From contig NW_020843402.1 in assembly GCF_003704095.1 (NCBI RefSeq), positions 372,001-436,000 on the forward strand: a stretch of DNA of 64,000 nucleotides, written 5' to 3'. The notes beneath the pieces were generated by a model. The model was not told the origin of the DNA. It saw only the letters and a list, made by a program, of their open reading frames with translations, and searched no databases. This DNA is from Pocillopora damicornis (lineage: Eukaryota). Shown here piece after piece: positions 63,224 through 64,000 of the stretch. Made by a program: the position numbers and the translations under genes. How positions within the stretch are numbered: the stretch's first letter is position 1; each line of letters starts with the position of its first letter.

Positions 63224-63505
63224 TTACGTTAAGGATCCAAATTAGGACGGGCCGTGAGAGGGAAACAAAACGTGGCACGTAGACAAGCACTCACAAATAC
63301 AACACCCGTAGTTGTGTTCCATAGGTTTGTGCGCCTTTGCTCCTTGGATCTTCGTCAATATAATTTTACCTCTCATCCTATTACTTCACAGAACTTCCTT
63401 GTAGAAAACTGATGAGCGCTTCTCTCGTTTACTTTTCGATATTCGGTGAGGAATAAGTATTTTCAAGCGGGAAACGAGACACATTCGCTGGTGAAACTCG
63501 ATGAG

Positions 63506-63535
63506 ATGTCTTCTGAGCGATATTTAGATAACAAG
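63506..63535 (+). CDS. Candidate first coding exon (MSSERYLDNK) of an unidentified gene divergent from SQSTM1
   Basis: ATG in gagATGt context, 10 codons, then a strong donor AAG|GTGAGA; lies downstream of a CpG-rich promoter-like region. No homology recognised. Confidence 0.3.
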
Positions 63536-64000
63536 GTGAGAGATACAGAAATTAATCACACTGACTTTAGAAGTTAAATTCAAATGTAGCGTTGCGCGAA
63601 ATGTTAGTGAATCATAAAATGGGTTTAGTTGGATAAGATAATTCTTACATTTGGGTGACTTATGATTTTTTTTAAATTACGCTTGTCTTAATATAAAACG
63701 GGCATGGATTACACAAGCATGAATATACAAAAGGTTTCCCAGTCATGATTTCAGACACCCACTCTGCTTTCCTTATTGGATGCTTTTTGAAATTTGATTT
63801 TCACAGCAGTTTTCTGCCAACTGATCGATATTGTTGATAACCCTTAATATCTGGACTTGAAGCATGACTCGTAAATGGTTAGGTGGCGGAAATATTTGCG
63901 TTGACTAGCTGACAGCGTTTTGTACTTGCAAAATAAAAACTTCATGTCATTAATTTTCTATGTCACGCAATTACGATTTATTTTGAATAGCGTCGATCAA

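Noticed and set aside
63409-63500. Hammerhead ribozyme (CTGATGAG...GAAAC)
   Set aside because: Stem II closing pair is G-G and I could not build stems I and III with an NUH site.

Overview
Eukaryotic, intron-containing, AT-rich animal DNA with three assembly gaps (2824-3285, 5648-5747, 51383-51552). Gene content and repeat style suggest a cnidarian, probably a stony coral; this is inference. Left to right: (1) the 3' part of a multi-Ig gene with a mucin-like exon (+); (2) five paralogous rhodopsin-class GPCRs with intronless CDSs; (3) between the first two GPCRs, an intronless bacterial-type choloylglycine hydrolase/penicillin V acylase (Ntn-hydrolase) with a signal peptide and a C-terminal HDEL ER-retrieval signal, the most unusual element here; (4) a secreted four-Ig gene (-) related to gene 1 and resembling a VEGFR/PDGFR ectodomain; (5) a probable decayed Penelope-like retroelement; (6) a conserved block of SREBP (-, 13 coding exons), head-to-head TTC29 (+, 9 coding exons) and SQSTM1/p62 (-, 5 coding exons), with recognisable X-box/CRE and CLEAR/ARE motifs. 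Several MITE/foldback elements, tRNA-derived SINE remnants and tandem duplications are interspersed. Exon boundaries were read by eye from GT-AG sites and reading frame.
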